A stretch of DNA of 64,000 nt from Psilocybe cubensis (GCA_017499595.2 CM039009.1:124001-188000); one strand, 5' to 3'. Shown: positions 51,382 through 63,792, numbered from the stretch's first letter. Program-made: numbers and translations. Notes: a model not told the origin generated them from the sequence alone.

Positions 51382-51812
51382 ACTTATGCTGCGCAGCCAA
51401 AATCATATAGCGTCCGGGTAGTATACTTCTATTAGCTGCTCTATTTTACAAATGTCATCTTTATAATACAATCATACGAATTCTATTTAAGGTTCTTTGA
51501 ATTTACATGAAGCATAGTATCATAAGAATTTGCAATACGGACTTCGAAACATCAAGTTAGCGTCGAAATTAAATCCACGCGGCAGAAAAATATGAACATT
51601 GGGGAGTCGATCTCTCACCTTGCCAACCTCATACAATGATACATGACACGATACCCACTCGACGAAACGACTGTATAATTTGTACTATCTTGTGAGTACC
51701 CTACAGATTTCAGGATCCAGTATTAATCAGTTAAAAAATGAACGTCCCGGCGCTGTCTCGAACGCGGGGTGTACGCTGATATAGAAGTAGACACATTCCA
51801 ACCACACTATAC

Positions 51813-54107
51813 CACCTGTAGTCGCACCCTGAAGTCTTCATACCCTGGCAGTTGCCAGGTGTATGGGAAGTATCTACGCTGGCAACTGCCAGGTGCCACA
51901 ATTGAAGTCTTCAGCTGAGCGATGGTCAATACGACCAAACAAATCCCAAACACGGTGAGCGGGGCCCCGTCGGGGGCGAAAAATGGCTTTGCTCGTTGTT
52001 CGGCGCGGCCGTTTGGGGCGGGAAAAAATACGTCGGGGTCGGCTCGATGAGCAGACCGCATCGGCGTTGTTTGCGCGACGTTATGGACAGCGGGCGGGGT
52101 GGATGGGGCGGGGCGACGTTGGATGACGCTCGCATTATTTCTGGGTGATTTCCCGATTCGGGTAATAGATCATTGATGTACTGATGTAATCAAATTGATC
52201 ATCACCATCAATCCATCACGCCGCGGCCATCGATTCAGCCAGCGCATGCACCGTGCGCGCTGCGCGCGTTGAAAATGCGCACTGCTCGTTGGCCTGTAGG
52301 TCTTTCGCGCAGACGCTTTGTTATGAAACATAATATTACTAATAGAGGGACGTCCTGCGACGCCGTATGCTCACCAAATCAAACAAATGAGATATCTAAA
52401 GGATTACAATGCATTATGCAACACATAGTATCTTTACATGTTTCTACATAGTTGATGGACATGGCACATATTTTGAGTGACTATGGATTAGAAAATATAG
52501 TAGTAAGATGATCAATACATGAGTAATTTGGTAATACTCGTCAAATACAGTTCATGTAATGGCTTTTGATGAATATTGCTACTGTTATATCCACTGGCAC
52601 TTGTTGTGCCCTTCCTGTGCCACTCTGGATGCTATATTTGTTTGTATGTTGTTAAGAAAGTTTGACAATTATTGCTATATATGTAGATTCTTATGCACGA
52701 CTGTAAAGGATCGGAAAGCTTGCTCGAGAACACTTTATTATCTCAATATCTAAAAATAGCCACATTTCCGGACGCTCTTTCCACGTCAATTCCAACAGTA
52801 AATATTCAATTGGGAAACATCTTCATGCTGAAGTTGCAAATAAAATTATTGCTAAAATAATGTAAAATCATTCTATATCCAAATATACCGTGAAAAAAAA
52901 ATGGATGCCTCAAAAGGTGTGCTTCAGGCTCGGAAGGTCGACCTCAGAAACTACTAAATCCATAAATTCATCCAACAAGATCACCTTGTAGGATATTACA
53001 ACACACGGTATAAAGTGTATATATTTCAATTCATTTTTAAACCAGCTACATGTTGGTATCTTTTTTTTGATGTAATCTTCAGAATTGCGTTCAGAATTGC
53101 AAAATTACATAGAAAATTTTGAATCCGAGATCACCAAATTAGATTCCGGCACTGTATACGTGCTAAATATTGAGTGAGACAGCAAATATAACACTGTTTT
53201 TGTTTATACTTCCAAGATGAATACTCTGTAGAATAGGTTGGTTACTCATATGCCCTTTTATTTGATCTCGAGTTCATCAGAATGTGAAAATAATCAGTGA
53301 CCCCTTCTTTTTTGCATCATTGATACTGGCAAAGTAGCAGCAATCCCATTTTACATTAGATATTCTTACTATATATTGCTATATATGATCACATAAACGA
53401 GATACAGGCCTCTAGTGACATTAGTAGCCTATAGGTTGAGCTAAATAAGTTGTCTACTCTGTGCTTCTGCCAGTCAAGGTATCATACCACTGTTTTCCCA
53501 AGCCTACTCAAGGTAATTACCACAGCAGACTGACTGAACTCTACAAATGTGGGTCAATATTACCACTCACCACTGTTGCATGCCTGTATAGGTAACCTCT
53601 ATGCTTTATCTGCTCTGCAAGAGCGCCGGGATAACGAGCAGTGCGCATTTTCAACGCGCGCGCGCGCACGGTGCATGCGCTGGCTGAATCGATGGCCGCG
53701 GCGTGATGGATTGATGGTGATGATCAATTTGATTACATCAATACATCAATGATCTGCAACCCGAATCGGGAAATCACCCAGAAATAATGCGAGCGTCATC
53801 CAACGTCGCCCCGCCCCATCCACCCCGCCCGCTGTCCATAACGTCGCGCAAACAATGCCGACGTGGTCTGCTCATCAAACCTACCCCGACGCATTTTTTC
53901 CCGCCCCAAACGGCCGCCCGAACAACGAGCTACGCCATTTTTCGCGCCCGGCGGGGCCCCGCTCACCGTGTTTGGGATTTGTTTGGTTGTATTGACCATC
54001 GCCCAGCTGAAGACTTCAAATGTGGCACCTGGCAGTTGCCAGCGTAGATACTTCCCATACACCTGGCAACTGCCAGGTATGAAGGCTTCAACTAGCAGCT
54101 AAGGCTG
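51813..54107. mobile_element. Non-autonomous KDZ-family derivative (2,295 bp) with ~455-bp inverted arms, nested in the large KDZ element
   Basis: Same termini CACCTGTAGT..GGCTG. 7-bp TSD ACTATAC (51806-12 / 54108-14). Arms ~51830-52290 and ~53632-54090 surround an AT-rich spacer. Confidence 0.88.
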
Positions 54108-56511
54108 ACTATACTGGACTGGATACACAGGTTATAAGGAGGGTACAGGTCAATCTTATACCTTCATTCACCGAGTATTCACCGGCGCTATCAATGCATC
54201 GCCTAATCTCGTTATGATGTCAGTGAGCCTATTTTTAAATCGTCATCCAACTAGCCTCAAATGCATCCACCCCGCCACCCCCACATTGATGTGCGCAAAC
54301 GGCGGTTTTAGATGTAGACATATTAATAGATTATTTCGGCGTCCTTTTCTCGCCAAAACGCCTACAGAACAGTGCAAAATCCCCAAAATTTCCCCTGCGG
54401 GGCCGCCTGCTGCATTGTCTGGTTGGGATCAACCGGCAAGGCTTCGGCACTGATTATACCGCCCACAGACCCTCTGATACATCACCTTGGGCAGTTGGGA
54501 CACTCCCCACCAGGATGTATCATGGCACTTGGGAAACTGCCGGGGTATGATACATAAATATAGCTTACATGGCTGGAATAATGAACAGTAGGCGGTGTCC
54601 AATGACAGTGTATATCCAGGCAGGAAATCCAATCTTGACCATCCTCTTTACAAAAAATTGCCAATCAGTCGACGAAGATGACCCAAGCGCCAATGTTGCC
54701 GAGTATCCAGAGACAAAGAAGAAGAGCGCCCATAGAGCGGACTTGTTGATATTGATAAAGATATGGGTAGAAAGATTCGTCTGGGCGCATTCTACCGCTA
54801 CATGGTGGCAGATGAGCAGAATTGTGAGTGAAGCACGAAGGTTATCGACATATTGTATCCGTGTTGGCCTCGCCAGTCCGAGGAGTGGAAGAACTTCTCC
54901 ATGACTGCCCATTGTTTTGAACGCTGAATGTCTGAGGAAGGGAAACGGTTCAATTTCAGTTATTGTGTACAGTGGGACGAGACGATTCACGCACTGGTCT
55001 ACAGTAACAAGTAGCTGGGTAAATCTCAAATGCAACACCGTATCCTCAAGATAAACGCTCTCTTTCCACAGATCATCCCGCTTACCACGGGCGCAGCAAA
55101 GTGAGACTAAAAAAAACCAATCAGACGACATACCGTATGGGTTACTTATTTTCGGTTTCGTGTAGGCTTCAAAATACGCATTTTTGGTAAATTCAGAGGA
55201 TGCTTCTACCTTTTTAAGGTATTGAAAGATTTCTCACGAAAATAAAGGAAAGTGTCGGAAGACTGCAGCAAGGAGATTCGTATTGACCTTGCAAGACGAG
55301 AGGTCGGGGAGAAATTTGGGGCGGCAAGCTAGCCTCGCGAGCCAGGCCTTCTGTGAATCTCGTCTCTTTTCTAGATAAGGCAGGTACCGAGTGATATGTT
55401 TGTACAAATGTTGCCTTTATTTATGTCGTCAAACATTGATCGGAGTGCGAAAAGAGAGATATTCACAGAAGGCCTGGGACAAACGGTTCGGATTTGAGGG
55501 AATCCTCGTTTTGTGACTCGGACTTAGTGAAAAAAACGCGATTTGCCTCAACAACAACCTTCCACAACTTAAAAAAAAGTTGTCTACAGATTCATTTAGA
55601 TAGGTTTCTTTTATAATGAAATTCATTTTTACAAGGTCACGAAAAAAAAAAATTTTGAGAAAAAAATGACTTGTAATTTGAGCCGAAAAATCATATATCA
55701 TGGCGCAGGTGAACTGCTGGCGGTTAATGAACCCAGTCTCTGCAGATGAAACACACAATGAAAGAGACATACCTGCACATCCCACCTCCATCAAAAGTGA
55801 ACCTCTGGATACCCAGATTGTCCCAAATGCAGTCTCTACATCCTCTGTAGATTCAAATCATGCTTCAGCTTCAGACAGTATGGGCGAGTCTAGCATGCAG
55901 GGTTTGACCTTGACATGGATCTTGAGGAAATAGAGGAGGAGTACGATGTTATTGAGGATTCAGAGGATTCAGAATTCGAGGGGGAGGGGGACGGGTAGTG
56001 GTCGCAATCGACGTAGTTGTTCGAATTTCACCAAGTCCGACGTGACAAAGCGTGACTCTGCCAAAACCGAACCGTTTGGCCCAGCCGTTTCTGACGAAAC
56101 CGAGCGGAGCTCGAAATATGCTGAGTCAGAAACGACTGGTGTACGAGCCTAGCGGCAAGCGGCGAAGCTTTGGAGTTTCATTTCTCCGCCGCATATCCGG
56201 CAGCCATCGGCAGGCTTTAACGTGGGATAGGTGCGGCATATATGATTAAAAGCAATCTCTAGGCAGTCAGCTTCTGTCAAATCCAATATTTTTGCCAACA
56301 ACACGCTTAGATCAAGATTGAAAGTGGATATACATAATATCTAAGCTTCAAGAAAAAAGTAAGCATGCTACTGTACTTGATGTTGACCGTTATTTTTTTT
56401 TCGACAATATTACTGAAGGAAATTCGAGAGAAAAGATTGAAAGACAACGCTCGGGCACCACGCGCATCATCCGCAGAGTATAGCTATCCATTGTACAACA
56501 GACCAACTAAT

Positions 56512-57283
56512 TTACGCTGCAACACACTTGGGCTTGACAGCGGGCCAGAAGATGCTGGGGATGCAGAATTCGGTGTAAGTAGAAATGCTGCTGTCGAGAG
56601 AAATCGAAAGCGTTTTCTGGCTTTTCTGAATAGAGGATGACCGGGTTGGAATGAGGTGGATTAAAGCAAACGCCAATGCCTACGTATTTGATTATTAGAG
56701 ATTCGACCAAGTTAGAATTGCGAAAGTTAAATCATACATCAACCTGGGCCTCAAGGAGACGGAGGACAGCCGCGATGGGGGCGGTGAGAGAGAATTGGGC
56801 AAAGATGGAGTGTTTTCCGATGACAGTAGACAACAAAAGTTGGTGAACCAAGACAAACTATAGAACAGAGCACCGTCAGATACTGATATGTGATTCAAAG
56901 TGAACAACGACTTACATCGGTCAAAGCTTCGATGATAGCTTTACCTTCATCGTCCGGAAAGGTTTCAGTCGATGTAATCTTTGGGACGACAGCCGTGATG
57001 CTGGTTACAATATCTTTGAATCCGCTGACCAGTTTCTAGTGGGTAGGTAACAGTAAGGAAACCTCGGTCATGTCTGATAAAAATCTATACAAACCCTGCT
57101 GGCAAATGTAATTTCAGTAACGGAAGAAGTGGTTGTGATAACTGTAAGGGCGTCGTTGGTACTCTGTGAAGCTGTGGTAACTGCCTTGATGCTGGTTACG
57201 ACCTGCTTCGACGTCAAGGCAGCGTGAGCCGCCTGCGCATAGAGAGCGCCAATAAGGAAGGTGAAAACAGAGCGGAAAAGCAT
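56512..57283 (-). CDS. Small secreted protein (UVI-1-like fungal family), 4 exons
   Basis: Signal peptide MLFRSVFTFLIGALYAQAAHA; HQLLLSTVIGKHSIFAQF..PIAAVLRLLEAQVD; ALAFALIHLIPTR..CIPS..PKCVAA*. Confidence 0.75.
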
Positions 57284-57967
57284 TGTGAACTGGGAATTAC
57301 GAGTCTTTACGTAAGTAAAGATGAGTTCTTTTATCCCCACAACCCAGCGAGCAAAAATGTCCTCGCCAATTGTCCCCATCAAAATATTATTGATGCAATC
57401 AATGTCGTTACCGCTATCGGTATTTTCCTTAAGCGGTCACCGGACCCCCTAAGCAACCCCTTTCCAATTCATTCTACGACTTCTTTTTACCATTGGTTAC
57501 TTTAAAGGTTGTTTTTGATTTGTTTTGATCGCAATGTGAATGTGCGTTTCCATAAAATTAATTATACCCAACAACAATAGTCCTACTCAATTCACTTTTT
57601 TGCGTTGTTGTTTAATTTTTAAAACCATGTGGAACCGTCTAGCCAACGTGCTTATATATTGTACTAATACTTAGAGATGGAACAAATGCACTCTTTGAAC
57701 TATGGGTCTGAAAGGTTGGAAATAGAACTGTGCAGGCACACACGTTCCTTGATATCGGTAGCTTCATCAATCAGAGTTCAAATAGAAATAATTACGCGTT
57801 CTTGGGTTCTGGGCGTTCTGTACTATTTGAATTTGATTTTCTGATTCATGATTGTTTCTCACGCATACCAATTTGTTCTTCCCCTACGTCGGGCGTCTAT
57901 TGGCTTACGGTTAATATATTTATTGACGTAGTATAGACAATGCACTTTTCTCCACACTGTTTTACCC

Positions 57968-60923
57968 ATGGCTTCCGCGTTATCCCCCCGTTTCCAACAG
58001 TATGTTCACTGTTTTATCTCATTTGGTTATTACTTATTTTTTAGAGTCTTTCCGCCTCCCATGGACGATGTGTACATGGATCAGATGGATCTGAAAACCC
58101 TCTACCGTTTCTCTTGGACTTGCAAGGAGCTAAACGACCGCGTTTCGGGCTATATGCGCCGCGCCTTCCATCCCAAAAATTTATTTGCTCCTATCTTCAA
58201 ACCCAATGAACATTTGCTGTTTCGTCTTCTCCAGTTCAAGACTGGCCTGGTTATTTCAGGTTCCACCGTTTTGCATTTTACTTGTTTTAGTGGTCCAACG
58301 CAAAGCGTGGCATGACAAGACTTTACATCTCACAATTGTATAAAATATTTTTTAATCTAGATTTATATAACATAGTTAATATATATTAATATGTTCTGAA
58401 TGCACAGCCAGATACTGGGCAAGGTTATGATTAATTACTATGACTTAGGTCTACTACAAGCTTAGTTGTGTCAGACACAAAAAATAGCTGCACAGGTTAT
58501 AAGGCCTAATTGTAAGGAAGAACTTGTCTATTATAATTTTCATACCTGCTAAATATTGAAGAATTCCAGATCTGCTGAGAGAATCCCGTATGGAAAACTG
58601 ATGGAAGAATGCTCATGTGTATGGCTGCCCAAGTGGGGACATATTTCCCATAAATATAATTTTCTTATTTTTGAAAAGTGCATCAAGAGTGAAACAATAT
58701 TGTGTGCAAAAACATTTGTTTGGTGCGCATATTTCTTTTTGGCATAGTTTGATGTTGCTGTGAACACAATTGGCTGTGTGGAAACATATTTCAAGCATAA
58801 TTTGCAAGTGTTAGTGCATTATTTCTTCCCCAAAATACATTCAATGCATGGAAAACATTATTCAAAATGACCATCTCTTGACCAAAGTGGCCAGTGCTCA
58901 ATGCAAATTGAGTGTAGTGACCGTGGGAATATCCTGCGTACAGTGTGCGCAGGATATTCCCACGACCTGCTTATTAATTCACGGCCAGTACAAACACCAC
59001 AGCAAGTAAAATATAATAAGATCATCTAAACTAGGACTGAAAATAATTATTATTGCCAAAAATACTTGTATTTTACCTAAAGTATATGCAATGCATCTCA
59101 GTAATATATCAGGAATTACCAGAGAAGTTCAAGTTGCTCAATGCAAAGTGCGGCAACCGTGAGAATAACTTGCATACACTATATGCAAGTTATTCCCACA
59201 GTCTGCTTATTAATTCATGGCCAGTATGAACAGCACAACAAGTTTAATATGACAAGTTATTTGAAGTGGCATTAAAGATAATAGCTAGATACATAATGTT
59301 TATTATTCTTTATTCTATGCCACCACAGTCTGCTAGTCATTCATGCTAAATTTTTTTTGATAACAATAAAGCATTCTATTTACCTCTACTTGCCATTAGA
59401 GGTGTATAAAGCATGCAAAACAGTTGGTATGTAATTGATTGTGACTAATTAATGGCCTTAAATCAGTTGAATGAGGTCATTATTATAAAATTTTTGGTTA
59501 TGAGCGATGATTATCTGCGTCAAAATGTTTAACTTGCAATTAAAAAGTCATAATGTAATGGTATCTAATTTTGTTTTCTACCATATGGCAGCTAACCTAT
59601 CTACCTAGCTAATATCTAGTATTTTAATTTCCATATCCCCTTGGTAGGAACAAAAACTAACAGAAATTCTATGATAGTAACCGATTATTAAGTCAAGCAT
59701 ACCGGTTAAGTAAAAAACCGGTATTAATCACGCAATTTTGATGGCATCAATGATTTACTGATGGGGACAATTGGCAAGGACATATTGTTGTACAGTGGGT
59801 TGTGGGAATAAAAGAACTCGCTTTACTTACATAAAGTTTTGTAATCAATCGTGCTAATATATGGATTCCAGGTGACATGGACATGTATGTCGAGCACAGA
59901 TATGCTCTTCCCGTTCTTTCCTGGATGATGTCCATTGGATTTACTATCATGCCGCATCCCAAATATCCGGACAACACCACAGCGGAAAAAATTTTGAAAA
60001 TGGAAAAAATCGTCCTTCAGAAACATCCTCTTCATCAACATTACAATACCACTGGAGTGGTCGTTAACCTATGGTGCCAAGGTTCTTTTGTCCCACTGAT
60101 TACGACTTGTCAATCGGTGGTAGAGTGCATTTTGGGGTATCATAGCAGTATGTCCCCAATGTCATGTGTCAAAACAATGTTAACTTCAATTTTGTTCTAC
60201 TGCAGCCGGCGTCATGAATTTTGTTACCTTTGAGAAGGTGTACAGCTTGTATCCAAATGCTACCTTTGGACATCAAGTCTCTCTGTTGCAACCTTCTGCC
60301 GACCTCAAGCGCGCGCAAAAATTTCTTGCAAAATATCATTCCCGTGGCTTGAAATTTGTTCTTTCCATTCCATCGCAAACTTTGAAAATGGACTGCCATA
60401 TCCAAAGCAGGATACAGTCTATCAGGGACAACGTAAATGTTGGGTATAGTTCATCTCGTGGTCATGTTCTCGTTGTGCTGGATTACGATCCTTATCCAGA
60501 GTTGTTCTCTCCTGGGATTAGACGGGTTGGCGACAGGCATTGTTGGGTTTATTCTTTGCCTCTTTTACCCAAAGCAAATCAGACTTCCTTTGTTGAAGCC
60601 AATTCGTGGGCATTGTTGCTCAATGAATTTGATTGTTTGCATTTTGGTGTCCGTCGCATCAGTGGTATCGCATTAGAATTTCACTACACAGCGGCAGATG
60701 TTTACCAATTACACAAGCGTGTCAAAAAAGCTATCAAATCCTGGGAAAGGGGTATAAGGTGTGTGCTCTTTAGTTTTAGTATTTGTCAATTTAATTCCTG
60801 TAATGTAGGCAAAAAGATGACCGTGTACATGCAACTGTTTTGTATTTGCTATCCAGAAAGGCAGATATTTTTTGGTTGCATCGCCCTCAACCACAAAGCC
60901 TCTTGTGGAATGGATATTTGTAA
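57968..60923 (+). pseudogene. F-box-like / nucleotidyltransferase-motif protein interrupted by a 1.56-kb insertion
   Basis: TGLVISGSTVLHF|INRANIWIPGDMDMYVE is restored in frame by removing 58281-59844. Downstream motifs: ILGYHS..VMNF..YSLYP, KYHSRG, RRVGDRHCW. Confidence 0.7.
58281..59844 (-). mobile_element. Non-autonomous Helitron-like insertion (1,564 bp)
   Basis: Inserted between host A and T with no TSD or TIR. Minus-strand 3' end has a GC hairpin then CACTAAAACAAG. The same terminus recurs at 62533-62568. Confidence 0.65.
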
Positions 60924-60938
60924 TTTGTTCCATCCTTA

Positions 60939-61152
60939 CACTGCTGGCGCTGATACATATTTGATAGAAAAATATGTATCGGTAATTATGTTTCCTGTTG
61001 GTTTTCGACGTATTTTTCTTGTATATAGAGTCCGGGGTTACCCAATTAGGGAAGCCCGAAGCCTATATTCCAATAAAATACGTCAAAAAAATGTAGGAAA
61101 CATAATTACTGGGTCTTATTTTCTTTGAAAATATGTATGAGCGCCAGCGGTG
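60939..61152 (+). mobile_element. CMC/CACTA-type MITE, 214 bp (copy 2)
   Basis: Same TIRs as 46731-46944, with its own 3-bp TSD TTA. Confidence 0.92.
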
Positions 61153-61494
61153 TTAGTCAAATTTTTGTTTCAAAATAAACTTGTGTTCTCGTCCTCATTC
61201 TTTTTGTCTTAATTTGTAAGTTTGACTTGCGGATGAGCGTGGGAATATCCTGCGTACAGTGTACGCAGAATATTCCCACGGTCAACCTCTCCCGATATTC
61301 AGCCGAGTGTGGGAATATTCTGCGTACACTGTACGCAGGATTCTCCCATGGGGTGCCAACTAACACCTTCAGATAATTTCTGTCATGAAAATGACTTGAC
61401 AAATTATTCCTTGTTATTTACAATGTTCACGCAAATGGATTGATTGTTCATTCAGCACATTTATGATATCCTTGTCTTTCTATGTACATATGTA

Positions 61495-62469
61495 TTAATC
61501 TTGGGACATAGTATTGCTATTGTGGACTGTGTCCTCATTTAAGCGCATATGTGCCATCCTCTGTTGTGTGTCTTCAATGTCAATCTGACCTTTGTACAGC
61601 TGCCTCTTTGTCCTACACAAAACAGCAACCTGTCTTTTCGCTGGAGTATAGCACGACCGCATTCTGAGAATATCAGCTTTCTGTTGGAAGTTATGAATGG
61701 CTATGAGACTGTTCAATGTAACATTGCTTACCTCTCTTGCCTCCTGGTCCAAGACAAGCATTCCGCGAAGAGCGACAACAAATTTGTACTTGTTTCCTTG
61801 GGCAGGAAATGCGACAAAGGCAACACTGATCTCAATAATGTCTCCAATTCGTATGGAGGCAGGATTATAAGAATAATATCTGTTGCAACATGATATTAGT
61901 TTGGTTGTGATGTGTTGTTGGTATTTTCTAAACATACCTGGCTGTTCCGTCAGGAAGTATCTCCCAACGAAGAAACTGTACCTTGTTATCGATTGCGTGG
62001 ATGAAACTGTCCCCTACCATGGACGCCAACACGTTATCAGGGTCGACCAGGGGATGAAAACCTATGTTGTCAGATTTGTCTTGATATGCGGATACCTTCG
62101 TGAAATATTGGCTATGCGCATGGAAAACATTGAAACCCGTGTCTTTGTGAAGAACTGGGTCATAGCCGCTGACGCTGTCCGTGGGAAAATTGTTTGCAAA
62201 ACGGAGGAAAACTTCTTCTAGCTTTTCCATCACCTTATTGAACACAATGTCTCCGAGTCTCGTGATAGCAATGGCGGTACGTAAATATGGTTGTTGCTTG
62301 ACCGTTCTGTCGCGGCTGTAACAGTCCTCATTTGTAATTAATTCACCTCAATGGAGTGGACGTACGAAGCAGGCTTTGCCATTGGTGGTAGCATCTTGTT
62401 GCTAACTATGCCTTGGAGTCTGAATATCACTTCGTCCATTGCACCGATATCCACGTCAAAGTTGGACAT
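61495..62469 (-). CDS. Hypothetical protein, possible OB-fold/ssDNA-binding-like, multi-exon
   Basis: MDEVIFRLQGIV..LPP; HSQYFT..VDPDNVLA..FIHAIDNKVQF; PASIRIGDIIEISVAF..LRGMLVLD. The fold is an inference. Confidence 0.55.
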
Positions 62470-62532
62470 ATTTATATTATATTATATATATATTATATTA
62501 TTACAAAGCGTGACGCTGAATCGTAAAGACTC

Positions 62533-62568
62533 GTCATGCCACGCTCCGCGGTGGCCCACTAAAACAAG
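62533..62568 (+). mobile_element. Helitron-like 3' terminus (hairpin + CAAG|T) of an outer element; 5' end not located
   Basis: GTCATGCCACGCTCCGCGGTGGCCCACTAAAACAAG|T matches the reverse complement of 58281-58316. Confidence 0.55.
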
Positions 62569-63761
62569 TGTAAGTGTTGGCTGAATAGCGTTACCTGTAC
62601 TGCAAAACTAGGATGCTGGGACGTTTTCTTTTATCTATCCTGGATGTCTAGTGGAACCCTACATATGACGTTTTCCCTCCTGAATACAATGGCAAGAATC
62701 TGACGGTTTCGATGAGCTGCAAAGCGAGAAGCACTTTGTGAGATCCTGGTTCCTTTCTAGAATAGTAGAATGTATGATGGAACTAGACCGACAGTCCTGA
62801 CGTAGATGTCGATGGTGAGTGGTCATCGTGGTCGCAGGTATTCGCTAGTGCACAGACATGGAGATGCAATCACGTCTTCTATTAGGTTTCCGAGCCCCAG
62901 GACGTTCAAATGACTGCAATTGAAGAAGTCCCACTTGGTAAGAACCATTCGCGTGCACCACGGTACCTCCGATGGAAGTTTCTACCTCCAGAAATGGTAG
63001 TTGTTCCTAGTGAGAAGATTGCGTCAAAGGAACCGAGACATGCTTCAAGGTATTCGAAAAATACCAGAAGGACCGATGCACCACCTTGTAGCCCTCTGGT
63101 TGAAGTGTGTCGGCTGCACCTCAAGTAAACACCCGATCGTTCCTTGTATTCGCAGAGCAGTCAGAGAAGTCTGAGGTCGGTCAATCAGCGCTGTCTATGT
63201 CAACCTTGTACTCACCTAAAGCCCTGTTTGCCGTCGTCATCGTATTTAAGTTGGAGCATATGGTAATGGCTGAACCTGGTCGATGTTGCGTGTATCCGAG
63301 TTAACTTCAAATTTCGTAAAATTTGTTGAGAGCACGGTAGTAATTCAATCAATAGAAAGCCCCCTGAAACAGAAAGCCCCACCACCCACCAAATCCGGCT
63401 ACCTACGTAGTAAATAAGCTAATGTTGCTTGAATGGATTCTTGCGAACTATGAATAGGAAGATTGAAGTGAGAATGAATAGTGTGAGGATCTTAAAATGA
63501 AATGAAGACCGAATATTCGTGGTGACACGAATTTCCGTAGTTGCGTAGGGCTTTGGTGGAGAGTCAAAAACACTGCGGGCGTCGACTGCTGTAAGTTAAA
63601 CAAACAGGTATTTTATGTAAGTTCAGCTGTAAGTTCGACATACATCATGACTTACACTCAAATAATTTCCACAAAAGGAGAATATTTGAGTGAGTGTAAG
63701 TCGGCGCCCGCAGTGAATGTGACCAGAGTAAGGAATTCCCTCAAAGGACAATAAATGGATT

Positions 63762-63792
<31 letters not shown>

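Larger units (their letters stand above)
38767..54575. mobile_element. KDZ (Kyakuja-Dileera-Zisupton, CxC2-type) DNA transposon carrying a TET/JBP gene, 15,809 bp including nested inserts
   Basis: 7-bp TSD GAATAAT (38760-66 / 54576-82). Termini CACCTGTAGT..GGCTG. ~110-bp near-perfect inverted repeat starting 18 bp inside the ends, degenerate out to ~350 bp. The empty site restores the host ORF. Confidence 0.9.
24369..54912 (-). pseudogene. Acyltransferase-3 (OpgC/NolL-like) membrane O-acyltransferase split into three pieces (54912-54576, 38759-38069, 24536-24369)
   Basis: N-terminus RIQYVDNLRASLTILLICHH..FFFVSGY; middle SGPVVYV..FLARHTY; C-terminus MIPVLV..VSWIG. Removing the two transposons restores HRLLFII|LTSLW and QLYI|NMIPVLV in frame. 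One extra 1-nt frameshift at ~38170. Confidence 0.85.

Noticed and set aside
38785-54557. Alternative KDZ boundaries TGT..ACA with a TA TSD inside a host intron
   Set aside because: Boundaries 38767/54575 give a 7-bp TSD, restore the host frame without an intron, and match the tips of the nested element.
55700-56500. Fragmentary plus-strand coding-like sequence (acidic stretch, splice-like sites)
   Set aside because: Stops and frame changes prevent a coherent model, and no family was recognised.
62600-63320. Possible minus-strand multi-exon gene remnant
   Set aside because: I could not build a consistent frame or recognise motifs.
63759-63792. T-run followed by a long A-run (possible retroposon tail)
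   Set aside because: No TSD or upstream retroelement sequence identified; treated as a simple homopolymer.
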